A stretch of DNA of 40,157 nt from Patescibacteria group bacterium (GTDB lineage: Bacteria > Patescibacteriota > Patescibacteriia > 2-01-FULL-39-33): contig JBAZMO010000002.1 in assembly GCA_041649655.1 (NCBI GenBank), positions 1 to 40,157 of the forward strand, written 5' to 3'. Both the position numbers and the translations under genes were made by a program. The notes beneath the pieces were generated by a model. It saw nothing but the letters and a program-made list of their open reading frames with translations. It searched no databases and was not told the origin of the DNA. Below are positions 1-9,381 of the stretch, piece by piece. The first letter of the stretch is position 1, and each line of letters begins with the position of its first letter.

Positions 1-160
1 ATCGTCGAAATTTAACTTCATATTTGGGGCTTTTAAGCCATTGCCGATCCTACCACCTAAGGCAGGAGATTATTGATCTGGTTTTGAGCCGGTCAGAGTT
101 GCCGGGAGCGAGTTTAAAATGCTACAATTAATCTATAAAATGATTTGATGAAGAAGTTTT

Positions 161-2221
161 ATGCCAAATACACCGGAAGCCGGACAGCCGGGAAAATTTA
201 AAGGCGAATTGGCGGAAATAAAGGATTTTTTCGGCCGGCATCGGCAATTTTTAGAAAAATACGCCGGTGATTCGTCAATCAGGATCGAACCGTCGCCGGA
301 GGGTTTGGGCACTTTTGCGATTGATTTGGAAAACGGCACGATTTTTGTCGAGCCGAGTCGTTATAAAGAGAAGGGTTGGGACAAAGGAAAAATCATGTCC
401 AGTGTCTGCCATGAATTCGAACATTTCCGAGAAATGAAGGAATTATTAGCTGAAGACGGCGGAGATGGAATTTGGCAAAGGCACATAAGAAAAATCAAAG
501 CCAATCGCCGTTTCGGCATTCTGGACAATTGCTATGGCGATGTAAAAATGGATTGGCGTGTGGCTTCGCGGGCGCCCGTATTGACAGACGCGATAGAAAG
601 GAAATATCGCGAAGATCTTTTTCCGGAAAATAATTTGACTGATCAGCCGAAGCATTTGCAATTCGCTTACGCCTTAAAGCAGCGCGCCATGCTTACGGAG
701 GAATTGGTCTTAGATCTGGAAGTGCAGGCGGAAATAGACAAATTAGAAACGATTGAAAGCAACGGAGTGAAATTATTAGAATACGCCACGCGGCCGGATA
801 CGCCGATGTCCATGCGGCTGAGATTGCAGGCCAGATTTTTGGAGCCGATTTATGAGAGATTGTTTAAAGAAGATGTGGAAGAGAAAAGACAAGAAAATAA
901 AGGCAAGAGCAGCGGAGATGGAAATCCTGAATCGGGAGAGGGCGGAGATCGGACTGAAGGCGAGCCGGAAGACGGCGATGAGGGCGCTGAGTCGAACGAC
1001 GGAAGTGAAAAGAAAAAACCAAAAGGCAAATCAAAAAAAACGGATAAGAAATCGGAGGGCAATAAGCGGGCTGGTCCGAGCGTTGAAGATGCCGAAGAAT
1101 CGGGCGAGCCGATTAATCCGGAGGATTATTTCCGGGATGAATACGATGATTTTGACGTTAAGAATATTGAGCCGATTGATTATTCATCGGATAAAATCGA
1201 GAAAAAAATAAAAGATTATATCGAGTCGCAGCGCGGCCGGGATGCCGAGCAAGCGGCGCGAGAGGCCTATGCGCGAGCCGAGGGCGTCAGTTGGCAGGAG
1301 ATTAAGGATTACCAGGCATATTTTTCGCAATTGGAAAATTTGGAAAATCCGGAGACGGGCGAGCAAGTGATAGAAGAGCTGCGAAAAATTTTTCGTCGGA
1401 TTATCGCCGAACGGCGGCAAGAGCGCTATGCGCCCAAGCATCCGCTGAATGAGGGGGAAATATTAATCCGTCCGGCTGAAGCGGTGGCGGCAGTGATGAG
1501 CGGCGAGAACGAACCGGAGGTTTGGGAGTCGCAGGAAAAAAAGGACTTGCCGCAGGAATTATACGGCGATTTCGATGTTGTTTTGGTCGGCGATCGCAGC
1601 GGTTCCATGAACGGCGCTAAGGCGCGCGAACAACGTCAAGCTATAATGCTGGCTTTAGAGGCGTTGAAGGAGTTTTGCGACGAGCTGGAGGAAGCGCGTT
1701 CTGACTTGAAACACGATTTGAATGTCAGAAGCGAAGTTTGGAGTTTCGGCGGTCAGGCGGAAGTGAAAATACTGAAACCGCTATCCGAACAATTGACGGA
1801 AAAACAAAGAGTCAGTGTTTATAAGGACTTGGCTACCGCGCCTGGCAGCAGCACCATGGATTTTTTAGTTTTAGAGAAGATTAGAGATGAGGTGACGCCG
1901 GAAGAATGGCAAAAAATAAAAGATAAAAAATTACGCAAGGTGGTTATTGTTTTTACTGATGGCGAGAGCGACGATCCCGCCAGGGTCAAGTCGGCTTTGG
2001 ATGGCGGCCGGGTGAAAAACAATCAGGGTGAAGAAGTTTACATTTCTGGCTTGCGCGATCGCGGCATTGCCGTTGTCGCTATCGGCGTTACCGCTTCCGG
2101 CCGGGCGGCGGAGACAACCTATTCCCCGGACGGCCAAACCTGCGAGAGTATTGATAGATTGGCTGTTGTTCTGGCTGATTTATTGAAAGAATATTTGAAA
2201 GATTTGCTGATAAAAAAATAA
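161..2221 (+). CDS. HExxH metallopeptidase-like / von Willebrand factor A (vWA) fusion protein
   Basis: 686-aa ORF. N-terminal HEFEH (HExxH) motif. Acidic/Lys-rich low-complexity linker. C-terminal vWA MIDAS signature DRSGSMNG ... SST ... FTDGESDD. Confidence 0.75.
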   Translation: MPNTPEAGQPGKFKGELAEIKDFFGRHRQFLEKYAGDSSIRIEPSPEGLGTFAIDLENGTIFVEPSRYKEKGWDKGKIMSSVCHEFEHFREMKELLAEDGGDGIWQRHIRKIKANRRFGILDNCYGDVKMDWRVASRAPVLTDAIERKYREDLFPENNLTDQPKHLQFAYALKQRAMLTEELVLDLEVQAEIDKLETIESNGVKLLEYATRPDTPMSMRLRLQARFLEPIYERLFKEDVEEKRQENKGKSSGDGNPESGEGGDRTEGEPEDGDEGAESNDGSEKKKPKGKSKKTDKKSEGNKRAGPSVEDAEESGEPINPEDYFRDEYDDFDVKNIEPIDYSSDKIEKKIKDYIESQRGRDAEQAAREAYARAEGVSWQEIKDYQAYFSQLENLENPETGEQVIEELRKIFRRIIAERRQERYAPKHPLNEGEILIRPAEAVAAVMSGENEPEVWESQEKKDLPQELYGDFDVVLVGDRSGSMNGAKAREQRQAIMLALEALKEFCDELEEARSDLKHDLNVRSEVWSFGGQAEVKILKPLSEQLTEKQRVSVYKDLATAPGSSTMDFLVLEKIRDEVTPEEWQKIKDKKLRKVVIVFTDGESDDPARVKSALDGGRVKNNQGEEVYISGLRDRGIAVVAIGVTASGRAAETTYSPDGQTCESIDRLAVVLADLLKEYLKDLLIKK

Positions 2222-2233
2222 CCGCGATTAATT

Positions 2234-3199
2234 ATGGCTAAAAAAATACTGCTTTCCGGCGTCAAGCCGACCAACCGGATCCATATCGGCAATTACTTCG
2301 GCGCCATGAAGCAATTCGTCGATCTGCAAGGCGAATTTGACAATTATATTTTTATCGCCGATTACCATGCGTTGAATCAACTGAAGAATCCGGACGAATT
2401 GCGCGATTACACTTGGAATCTTATTTTGGATTATCTGGCGATCGGTTTGGATCCGAAGCGGACCGTGCTATTCAAGCAATCGGATGTGCCGCAGGTTTGC
2501 GAGTTGCAATGGATTTTCAATTGCCTGCTGCCCTTGCCATATCTGGAGCGCGCTCATGCTTATAAAGACGCGGTCGCCAAACGGCAAGAGATCAATATGG
2601 GGTTGTTCTGTTATCCGGTGCTGATGGCCGCGGATATCCTGCTTTATGATGCTGATTTGGTGCCGGTCGGCCAAGATCAGAAACAGCATTTGGAAATGGC
2701 CGCCGAGCTGGCCAATAAATTCAACCATGCTTATCAGCCGCTGTTCAAAGAGCCGAAGCCCTATATCATGTCGGAGCTAACGATTAAGGGGACTGACGGC
2801 GAGAAAATGTCCAAGAGCCGAGGCAATACTATCGGCTTGTTTGAGGATGAGGCGACGCTGCGGAAAAAAATCATGTCAATCAAGACCGATTCCAAGGGCG
2901 TGGCGGACAAGAAGCATTCGGAAGAAGACAATGTTTTCACTTTTCATAAATTATTCTCGCTGCCGATGCTGGATGAATTGCGTGATCGCTATGAGCAGGG
3001 CGGGATCGGCTATCAGGAGTCCAAAGAGATTCTGTTGAATAATATTTTAGAATACACCGCAGCTTTTCGGACTAAACGGGCCGAGTTGGCCAAAGATAAG
3101 GATTATATTTTTGGTGTTTTGGAGGCCGGCGCTAAATCAGCTGGCGCTAAAGCTGATGCCAAATTAGTCCAAGTCCGGCAAGCGATCGGGGTGAGATGA
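2234..3199 (+). CDS. trpS: tryptophanyl-tRNA synthetase
   Basis: 321 aa. Class I HIGH-type motif (NRIHIGNYFG) and KMSKS (GEKMSKSRG). Length typical of TrpRS. Confidence 0.9.
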   Translation: MAKKILLSGVKPTNRIHIGNYFGAMKQFVDLQGEFDNYIFIADYHALNQLKNPDELRDYTWNLILDYLAIGLDPKRTVLFKQSDVPQVCELQWIFNCLLPLPYLERAHAYKDAVAKRQEINMGLFCYPVLMAADILLYDADLVPVGQDQKQHLEMAAELANKFNHAYQPLFKEPKPYIMSELTIKGTDGEKMSKSRGNTIGLFEDEATLRKKIMSIKTDSKGVADKKHSEEDNVFTFHKLFSLPMLDELRDRYEQGGIGYQESKEILLNNILEYTAAFRTKRAELAKDKDYIFGVLEAGAKSAGAKADAKLVQVRQAIGVR

Positions 3200-3228
3200 A
3201 TTGTTTGTGATAAAATTTAAATTAAAAA

Positions 3229-3266
3229 AAACACGCCTTTAGCCAAAATAACCGCGTGTTTTTTTG
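3229..3266 (+). terminator. intrinsic terminator after trpS
   Basis: A-run, stem acacgc/gcgtgt with a 17-nt loop, then a T-run (gcgtgttttttt). Confidence 0.55.
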
Positions 3267-3331
3267 GGTTTTTTGATTGTCAGCCAGCTTAAAAACGCAA
3301 TAGCGTCAAAGTTGCCAGAGCGGCCGGTTTT

Positions 3332-4390
3332 GTGTTAAGATTTAATTGTATGGAGTCATCGGCAACAGACAAAACCCGCCGTTTTCTCTGGGAGGTGTGC
3401 GGCCATGGCCGGATTACCGATTATTTGAAATCATCCATTGTCAATAACCAGGTTTCGCATGCTTATATTTTTGCCGGCGGCAACGGGTTGGGCAAGGAAA
3501 CGACCGTGGCTAAATTCATCAAGACGCTTTTTTGCTCTGGCCGCGGCGAATATCTTCCTTGCAACGAATGTCCGGCTTGCCGGCAGATCGACAGTAAGAT
3601 CCATCCTGATATTTATTATTTGCGGCGGCTGATTGATGAGAAAACCAGTAAATTGAAACGCGATATCTCGGTCGAGCAGGTGCGTGAATTGAAGTCAAAA
3701 TTGTCGCAAAGCACGCTGTTGCGCGGCTGGAAAATCGCCATTATCGAGGAAGCGGAAGCGCTCAACGGCAATTCGGCCAATTCCTTGCTGAAGGTTTTGG
3801 AAGAACCGACCGCAAAAACGGCGATTATCCTGATCACCTCGGATATTTCCCGATTGCCTAAGACCGTTTTGTCACGATCACTGGTGCTTAATTTTTTGCC
3901 GGTCAGAAAAGAAGAAATCAAGGAGTTTTTGCTCAGCCGCGGCGTCGGCGAGGAAAAAGCCGGCCGGATTTCTCGTTTGGCCTTAGGGCGTCCGGGAACA
4001 GCGATGACGCTGGCGGAAAACCCCGAGGCCCTGGCGGAAAAACAGCAGCGTTTTGCCGATTTCATTAATCTGTTCCGATCTGATTTGTCGGCGCGTCTCT
4101 CATCGATTGATACTGTTATTAGCTGGGAAAAAGATGAGTCGCTCAATATTAAAAAATTAATCGGTTTACTGGCTGATTGGCAGACCGCCTTGCGCGATTT
4201 GATTTTGGCGCGAAACGGCAATCAAGCCGATTTGGCCGATCTTCGAGCCGTGAAGGAAATGTCCGGTTCGGAACAACTAAGCTGGGGGCGGATTTTGAGA
4301 GCCGATTATTTTTTGGCTGAAGCGAAAAGAATGCTCGACGCCAATATTTCCAGCAAGAATATTCTAGAGAACTTGGTTATTAATTTGTAA
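3332..4390 (+). CDS. holB: DNA polymerase III delta-prime subunit
   Basis: AAA+ clamp-loader N-terminus (HAYIFAGGNGLGKET), Zn module CNECPACRQI, LKVLEEP box. GTG start at 3332; alternative ATG at 3350. Confidence 0.8.
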   Translation: MLRFNCMESSATDKTRRFLWEVCGHGRITDYLKSSIVNNQVSHAYIFAGGNGLGKETTVAKFIKTLFCSGRGEYLPCNECPACRQIDSKIHPDIYYLRRLIDEKTSKLKRDISVEQVRELKSKLSQSTLLRGWKIAIIEEAEALNGNSANSLLKVLEEPTAKTAIILITSDISRLPKTVLSRSLVLNFLPVRKEEIKEFLLSRGVGEEKAGRISRLALGRPGTAMTLAENPEALAEKQQRFADFINLFRSDLSARLSSIDTVISWEKDESLNIKKLIGLLADWQTALRDLILARNGNQADLADLRAVKEMSGSEQLSWGRILRADYFLAEAKRMLDANISSKNILENLVINL

Positions 4391-4422
4391 AGATACTAAG
4401 ATACTATTTAACCACAAAAAAT

Positions 4423-5493
4423 ATGGCAAATCCCTTAGGCAGAGTGATTGCGTTGGCGGCGGCGGCCGTCCTGCTGTCCGGCTGCACGCTGGCTTCGACC
4501 AATCAGACATCCTCAGCCAAGTCGAGCGGCGGCGTTTGGCGATCCAACGACGGCGCCAAGACCTTTATGCAAATCAACGATCTAATGGCCACTCGAGGCC
4601 GGATTTTGACCTTGAATACCGCCGATATCAACAGTTTGACGCTCGATCCGCAGGATCCGTTGACGGTTTACGCCGCCTCCGCAGCCAATGGCATTTTTTA
4701 TACCATTGACGGCGGTAATTCCTGGCAGCAATTCAAAGCGTTGACCGCTGGCAGCATTAATGACATTTCGGTTGACAGCCAGAATAAATGCGTCATTTAC
4801 GCGACTGCCGCCAATAAATTATTCAAGACGGAAAATTGCGGCCGCGATTGGAATAATATTTATTATCATCAGAAAAGCCAAGTTGTTTTGACGGCCTTGG
4901 CGGTTGATCCGAAGAGCGGCGGCGTTGTCTATTTAGGCACGAGCGAGGGCGAGGTGCTTAAAAGCTTAGACGGCGGCCATGCTTGGGTGACGTCTTATCG
5001 GTTAGAGCGGGATAAGATCATGGATATCGTGATTGATCCGTTTGAGCCGAGGATCGTTTTTGTCGGTTCGGCCAAGAAAGGCCTGTTCAAAAGTTTGACT
5101 GGCGGCGCGAGTTGGAGTTCGCTTGGCGCCGGACTGGAGTCCTATGTCGGCAGCCACGAATACCGCAAGCTGATTTATGATGCGGCGACGCCTAATTCCT
5201 TGCTGTTCATTTCTAAGTTCGGCTTATTGAAAACGGTTGACGGCGGCAATACCTGGCGGATTATCGAATTATTGCCGGCTCACAAGACGACCAATATCCT
5301 GATGGTGGCGGTGAATCCGGCTAATAGCAATGAATTTTATTACGCTACCGCTTCGACTTTGGTCAAGACATCTGACGGCGGCCTTTCTTGGTCATCTAAG
5401 CAGTTGCCCTACAGCCGTTCGACGACCGATATCAAAATCAGCCCGGCCAGCGGCAATGTCGTCTATTTGACAACCAAGCAATCAAGCAATTAA
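4423..5493 (+). CDS. BNR/Asp-box repeat beta-propeller lipoprotein (Ycf48/sialidase-like fold)
   Basis: Signal peptide plus lipobox LLSGC. At least 7 SxDxGxxW-type repeats (TIDGGNSW, SLDGGHAW, TVDGGNTW, TSDGGLSW ...). Confidence 0.75.
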   Translation: MANPLGRVIALAAAAVLLSGCTLASTNQTSSAKSSGGVWRSNDGAKTFMQINDLMATRGRILTLNTADINSLTLDPQDPLTVYAASAANGIFYTIDGGNSWQQFKALTAGSINDISVDSQNKCVIYATAANKLFKTENCGRDWNNIYYHQKSQVVLTALAVDPKSGGVVYLGTSEGEVLKSLDGGHAWVTSYRLERDKIMDIVIDPFEPRIVFVGSAKKGLFKSLTGGASWSSLGAGLESYVGSHEYRKLIYDAATPNSLLFISKFGLLKTVDGGNTWRIIELLPAHKTTNILMVAVNPANSNEFYYATASTLVKTSDGGLSWSSKQLPYSRSTTDIKISPASGNVVYLTTKQSSN

Positions 5494-5580
5494 TTATCTG
5501 GTGTCTATAATTCACCCGCCTGCAACGCTTTGCGCAGCGTAGCAATGCGGGCAGGTAATTCATAATTCATAATTTCCCAT

Positions 5581-6132
5581 ATGAGCATTATCGACAATCA
5601 TAAAGGAGAGTTTGCCAAGGCCATTGAACATTTCCAAACGGAAATTGGCGGCTTAAAAACCGGTCGGGCCAATCCGGCCATTCTCGATAGCGTCCGCGTG
5701 GAGGCCTATGGCGCGATGAATCCGATCATCAATGTCGCCAGCGTCAATGTGCCTGACGCCCGCTGTCTGGTAATCCAGCCCTGGGATAAAAGTATTATCA
5801 AAGAAATCGAAAAGGGCATTATCGAAGCTAATTTGAATCTTAATCCGGTTAATGATGGCGATAAAATCAGGATTAATCTGCCGCCGCTGACCGAGGAGTC
5901 GCGCAAAGAAATCGCTAAAATCCTGAATCAAAAAACTGAAGACGCCAAGATTGCCATCAGAATCGCCAGAGACAAGGCCAAAGAAGAAGTCATTGAGGCG
6001 GAAAAAAACAAGGAGTTCGGCGAGGATGAGAAATTCGGCTTATTGGCAGAGTTGGACAAGCAGGTCGGCGCCTATAACGATCAAATCAAGGATTTGGCAG
6101 ATCGGAAAGAAGCGGAAATCATGACTGTGTAG
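5581..6132 (+). CDS. frr: ribosome recycling factor
   Basis: 183 aa with typical RRF sequence (GLKTGRANPAILDSVRVEAYG ... LPPLTEESRKE). Confidence 0.92.
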   Translation: MSIIDNHKGEFAKAIEHFQTEIGGLKTGRANPAILDSVRVEAYGAMNPIINVASVNVPDARCLVIQPWDKSIIKEIEKGIIEANLNLNPVNDGDKIRINLPPLTEESRKEIAKILNQKTEDAKIAIRIARDKAKEEVIEAEKNKEFGEDEKFGLLAELDKQVGAYNDQIKDLADRKEAEIMTV

Positions 6133-6148
6133 ATCCAATCAATAAATT

Positions 6149-7363
6149 ATGATCATCACTATATTAGTATTTGCTTTGATACTTTCCTTGCTCGTGTTCG
6201 TGCACGAGCTCGGTCATTTTTTAATGGCTCGGCTGTTCGGCGTCAGAATCGATGAATTCGGCATGGGCTTGCCGCCGCGATTGGCGGGTTGGCAATTCTG
6301 GCGGGCTGGCCGGCCGGAGAAAATTGTCGACGGCCAAGAGAGCCGGGTTCCGGCGGCTAAGAAAAAATGGCGGCTGGTTTGGGGCAATCGCGAAGTCCGG
6401 CCGAATGAGCCGATGATTTATTCGCTTAATTGGATTCCAGTCGGCGGTTTCGTCAAGATTAAAGGCGAAAATGGCGAAGCGGCGGCTGATGAAGACAGTT
6501 TCGGCCATCGCCGGATTTGGCAGAGAGCGATGATACTAGCGGCCGGCGTGGCGATGAATGTTTTGCTTTGCGTCGGTTTGCTGGCCCTTGGCTTTATGAT
6601 CGGCATGCCGACTTCAGTCGGCAACAATCCTGGCGGCCGGTTTATTTCCGCGCCTCAAGTGCAGATCGCCGAAGTGCTGGCCGATTCTCCGGCAGCCGGA
6701 GCCGGCTTGCAAGCCGGCGATATAATTTCTGAAGTCGATGACGCGGCCATCGGCTCCGGCGACGAACTTAAAGCTTATTTGGCGGCTAAGGAAAATCAGC
6801 CGGTGATGGTGAAGTTGGATCGTAGCGGTGTTTTTTTGGAAAAAGAAATTATCATAGCCGAAACGGATGGAATAATCGGCTTAGGCGTGGCCATCGTTGA
6901 TATCGGTATCGTCCGTTACCCTTGGTATTTGGCTTTGCGGGAAGCGCTGGCTGTCACTTGGTTTTGGCTGGCGACGATTATTTTGGCGATTTTTGGTCTA
7001 ATCAAGCAATTATTCGGCGGCCCCTCGGCTGGTTTGGATTTTGCCGGTCCGGTCGGCATTGCGGTCATGACCGGGCAGGCAGCCAAGTTGGGCTGGATTT
7101 ATGTTTTGCAATTCGCCGCTCTATTGTCTTTGAATCTGGCAATCATTAATATCTTGCCTTTTCCGGCCCTCGATGGCGGACGAATTATGTTTTTAGCGAT
7201 TGAAAAAATGCGAGGCAAAGCCGCTGACAGCAAGTTAGAGAACACTGTCCACAATATCGGTTTTATTTTGCTGATGATTTTAATCGTTGCCATCACTTAC
7301 CGCGATCTGGCCAAATACGGCGCTAAGATAATGCAGGCCTTGGGACGATTGATCGGCTGGTAA
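6149..7363 (+). CDS. rseP: RIP site-2 zinc metalloprotease (M50, RseP family) with PDZ domain
   Basis: HELGHF motif in TM1, PDZ-like segment (SPAAGAGLQAGDII), C-terminal NILPFPALDGG motif. Confidence 0.88.
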   Translation: MIITILVFALILSLLVFVHELGHFLMARLFGVRIDEFGMGLPPRLAGWQFWRAGRPEKIVDGQESRVPAAKKKWRLVWGNREVRPNEPMIYSLNWIPVGGFVKIKGENGEAAADEDSFGHRRIWQRAMILAAGVAMNVLLCVGLLALGFMIGMPTSVGNNPGGRFISAPQVQIAEVLADSPAAGAGLQAGDIISEVDDAAIGSGDELKAYLAAKENQPVMVKLDRSGVFLEKEIIIAETDGIIGLGVAIVDIGIVRYPWYLALREALAVTWFWLATIILAIFGLIKQLFGGPSAGLDFAGPVGIAVMTGQAAKLGWIYVLQFAALLSLNLAIINILPFPALDGGRIMFLAIEKMRGKAADSKLENTVHNIGFILLMILIVAITYRDLAKYGAKIMQALGRLIGW

Positions 7364-7373
7364 AAATTAAGAT

Positions 7374-7400
7374 GAAAAAAATCCCGACAAGTCGGGATTG
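7374..7400 (-). terminator. intrinsic terminator (minus-strand small gene; possibly bidirectional)
   Basis: Stem atcccgac/gtcgggat with an A-run on the plus side, which is a T-run on the minus strand. Confidence 0.65.
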
Positions 7401-7425
7401 AGCGATAAGAGCGAGGTCAATTTCA

Positions 7426-7635
7426 TTAAGCTTCTAATTTTTCAACGTCTTCGTAGATAAGGGTTACGCAAAGTAGAGTTTTAGTCCCCTCAATGGTGGT
7501 TAGTGAAGTTGATTGGTGGATAACTTTTTTGCCATCGGTTAGAAATCTGTTAACTCTCTCGTCAAGGTCGTTTTGAGGGGTGCAAGTTGCTATCCAACTG
7601 TCGACCGCTGTAAAAATTTTGCATCTCTGCGCCAT
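7426..7635 (-). CDS. small hypothetical protein (69 aa)
   Basis: Strong SD (GGAGGTGA) 6-7 nt upstream of the ATG, with its own terminator. No recognisable domain. Confidence 0.6.
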   Translation of the reverse strand: MAQRCKIFTAVDSWIATCTPQNDLDERVNRFLTDGKKVIHQSTSLTTIEGTKTLLCVTLIYEDVEKLEA

Positions 7636-7738
7636 GGCCTCACCTCCATTGGTTGGGGAAAATTATAATAGAAAGAGCCAGCCGGTTTAATCAATGTATT
7701 ATCAGTATATTATAACCAACTAAAAAAGTCAATCAAAT

Positions 7739-8101
7739 ATGAAAATACCGGTTTTGCCAGAATTGAATGCGATTGAAGTTGTCCGTCGAGCTGGCTATGG
7801 CCAAGTGAACGATCCTCGCGCCGCCGAACCGAGCTGGTCGCGCCGATTAGGTTCGGGTTTTTATCCGCGTTTCCATATTTACATCAGTTCCGGCGAAATC
7901 AATCTTCATCTTGATCAGAAACAGGCCTCTTACGAGGGTTCGAGCGCCCATAATGGCGAGTATGAGGGCGAGGCCGTCGAGGCGGAGGCCGCTAGAATCA
8001 CCGGTGCGATGGCCAAATTGAAAGAGGAGCGGTTTTCCAGCCGCGTCACGCCGGCAATTGAAGAAAAAAAAGGCCTTTTTGGCCGGATTTTCGGAGTTTG
8101 A
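7739..8101 (+). CDS. hypothetical protein (120 aa)
   Basis: Clean ORF in an intergenic gap with non-repetitive composition (FYPRFHIY ... HNGEYEGEAVE). No family recognised. Confidence 0.5.
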   Translation: MKIPVLPELNAIEVVRRAGYGQVNDPRAAEPSWSRRLGSGFYPRFHIYISSGEINLHLDQKQASYEGSSAHNGEYEGEAVEAEAARITGAMAKLKEERFSSRVTPAIEEKKGLFGRIFGV

Positions 8102-8155
8102 CAAAGCCGGTTATTAACCTTAAAATACCGCTATCAGCCCTAAGCTAACCAATTT

Positions 8156-9376
8156 ATGCTCCAATCAAAATTATTTCCCAAAACCCTGAAAAACCCGCCC
8201 AAAGATGCGGTTTCTGCCAGCCATAAATATTTGGTTCAAGGCGGTTATATCGATATGTTGCAGGCCGGCGTCTACACTTATCTGCCGCTGGGCTGGCGCG
8301 TGCTGGAAAAGATTTCGGCGATTGTCCGGTCGGAAATGAATGCCGTCGGCGGCCAGGAATTGCTTATGCCGGCCTTGCAGCCGAAGAATATTTGGGAGGA
8401 AACCGGCCGTTGGGAGTCGCTTAAAGAAGTCATGTATCAATTCCAGGATGCCAGCGACAAGGATCTGGGTTTGGCGGCGACGCATGAAGAAGTCGTTTAT
8501 GATCTGATCCGCCGTTTCATCAATTCCTACAAGGATCTGCCCCTGTCCGTGTATCAGATCCAGAATAAATTCCGCGCCGAGTTGCGGGCGAAGGGTGGCT
8601 TGATGCGCGGCCGGGAATTCATGATGAAGGACCTCTACAGTTTCCACGCCAGCCAGGCCGATCTTGATCAGTATTATCAGCAGTTGATCGACGCTTATTT
8701 GAAGATTTATCGGCGGCTGGGGCTGGACGCGAAAGTGGTGGAGGCCTCGGGCGGCATTTTCACTCAGAAATTTTCCCACGAATTCCAAGTGGTCTCCGAG
8801 GCGGGCGAGGATCGGATTTTTTATTGCGGGTCTTGCGATTGGGCGCAGAATAGCGAAATTACTGAGGTCAAAGCCGGCGATGCCTGCCCCAAGTGCGGCG
8901 TTGTCGTCCAAGAGGGCAAAAGCATCGAAGTCGGCAATATTTTTCAATTTGGCGATAAGTATGCCAAAGACATGAATGGCTATGTCAATGATGAAAACAG
9001 CCGGAAAATTCCGATCTTGATGGCTTCTTACGGCATCGGCATTTCCCGTTTGGCCGCGACGATCGTCGAGTTGCATCATGATGACCGAGGAATTGTTTGG
9101 CCGGAGAGCGTGGCGCCGTTTGCCGTCCATTTGATTTCTTTGAAACGGGATGAGGCGGCGCGCGAGCTTTATGATCGGCTGGTCGCCGCCGATGTCGAGG
9201 TTTTATATGATGATCGCGATGTTTCGGCCGGACAGAAATTCGTCGACAGCGATCTGCTGGGTTTGCCTTGGCGTTTGGTGGTCAGCGAGAAGACCGGCGG
9301 CAAGGTTGAAGTGAAACAGCGGGGCGGAGAACAGTCGGAATTGATGGATTTTAAGGAGGCGATTAATAAACTCTAA
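8156..9376 (+). CDS. proS: prolyl-tRNA synthetase, bacterial type lacking the INS editing domain
   Basis: Class II motifs (FRAELRAKGGLMRGREFMMKDLYSFH; SYGIGISRL) and an N-terminus collinear with bacterial ProRS. It is only 406 aa. A CxxC...CxxC segment (CGSCDW...CPKCG) sits where INS normally is. Confidence 0.88.
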   Translation: MLQSKLFPKTLKNPPKDAVSASHKYLVQGGYIDMLQAGVYTYLPLGWRVLEKISAIVRSEMNAVGGQELLMPALQPKNIWEETGRWESLKEVMYQFQDASDKDLGLAATHEEVVYDLIRRFINSYKDLPLSVYQIQNKFRAELRAKGGLMRGREFMMKDLYSFHASQADLDQYYQQLIDAYLKIYRRLGLDAKVVEASGGIFTQKFSHEFQVVSEAGEDRIFYCGSCDWAQNSEITEVKAGDACPKCGVVVQEGKSIEVGNIFQFGDKYAKDMNGYVNDENSRKIPILMASYGIGISRLAATIVELHHDDRGIVWPESVAPFAVHLISLKRDEAARELYDRLVAADVEVLYDDRDVSAGQKFVDSDLLGLPWRLVVSEKTGGKVEVKQRGGEQSELMDFKEAINKL

Positions 9377-9381
9377 TTATC

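Noticed and set aside
3616-4221. 201-aa minus-strand ORF. The ORFs at 12668-13273 (+), 16932-17480 (+), 9363-9840 (-) and 852-1211 (+) are similar cases.
   Set aside because: All lie in alternative frames or antisense within confidently assigned genes (holB, PBP2, gyrB, mreB, the vWA protein), and all have low-complexity translations.
5516-5560. Two-tier hairpin between the BNR lipoprotein gene and frr
   Set aside because: The stems are imperfect, there is no T-run and no second copy in the window. The evidence is too weak to call a terminator, a riboswitch or a repeat.
8171-9130. 319-aa minus-strand ORF
   Set aside because: It is entirely antisense to the well-supported proS gene. Its Arg/Ala/Gly-rich composition is typical of a shadow ORF, and it has no start context.
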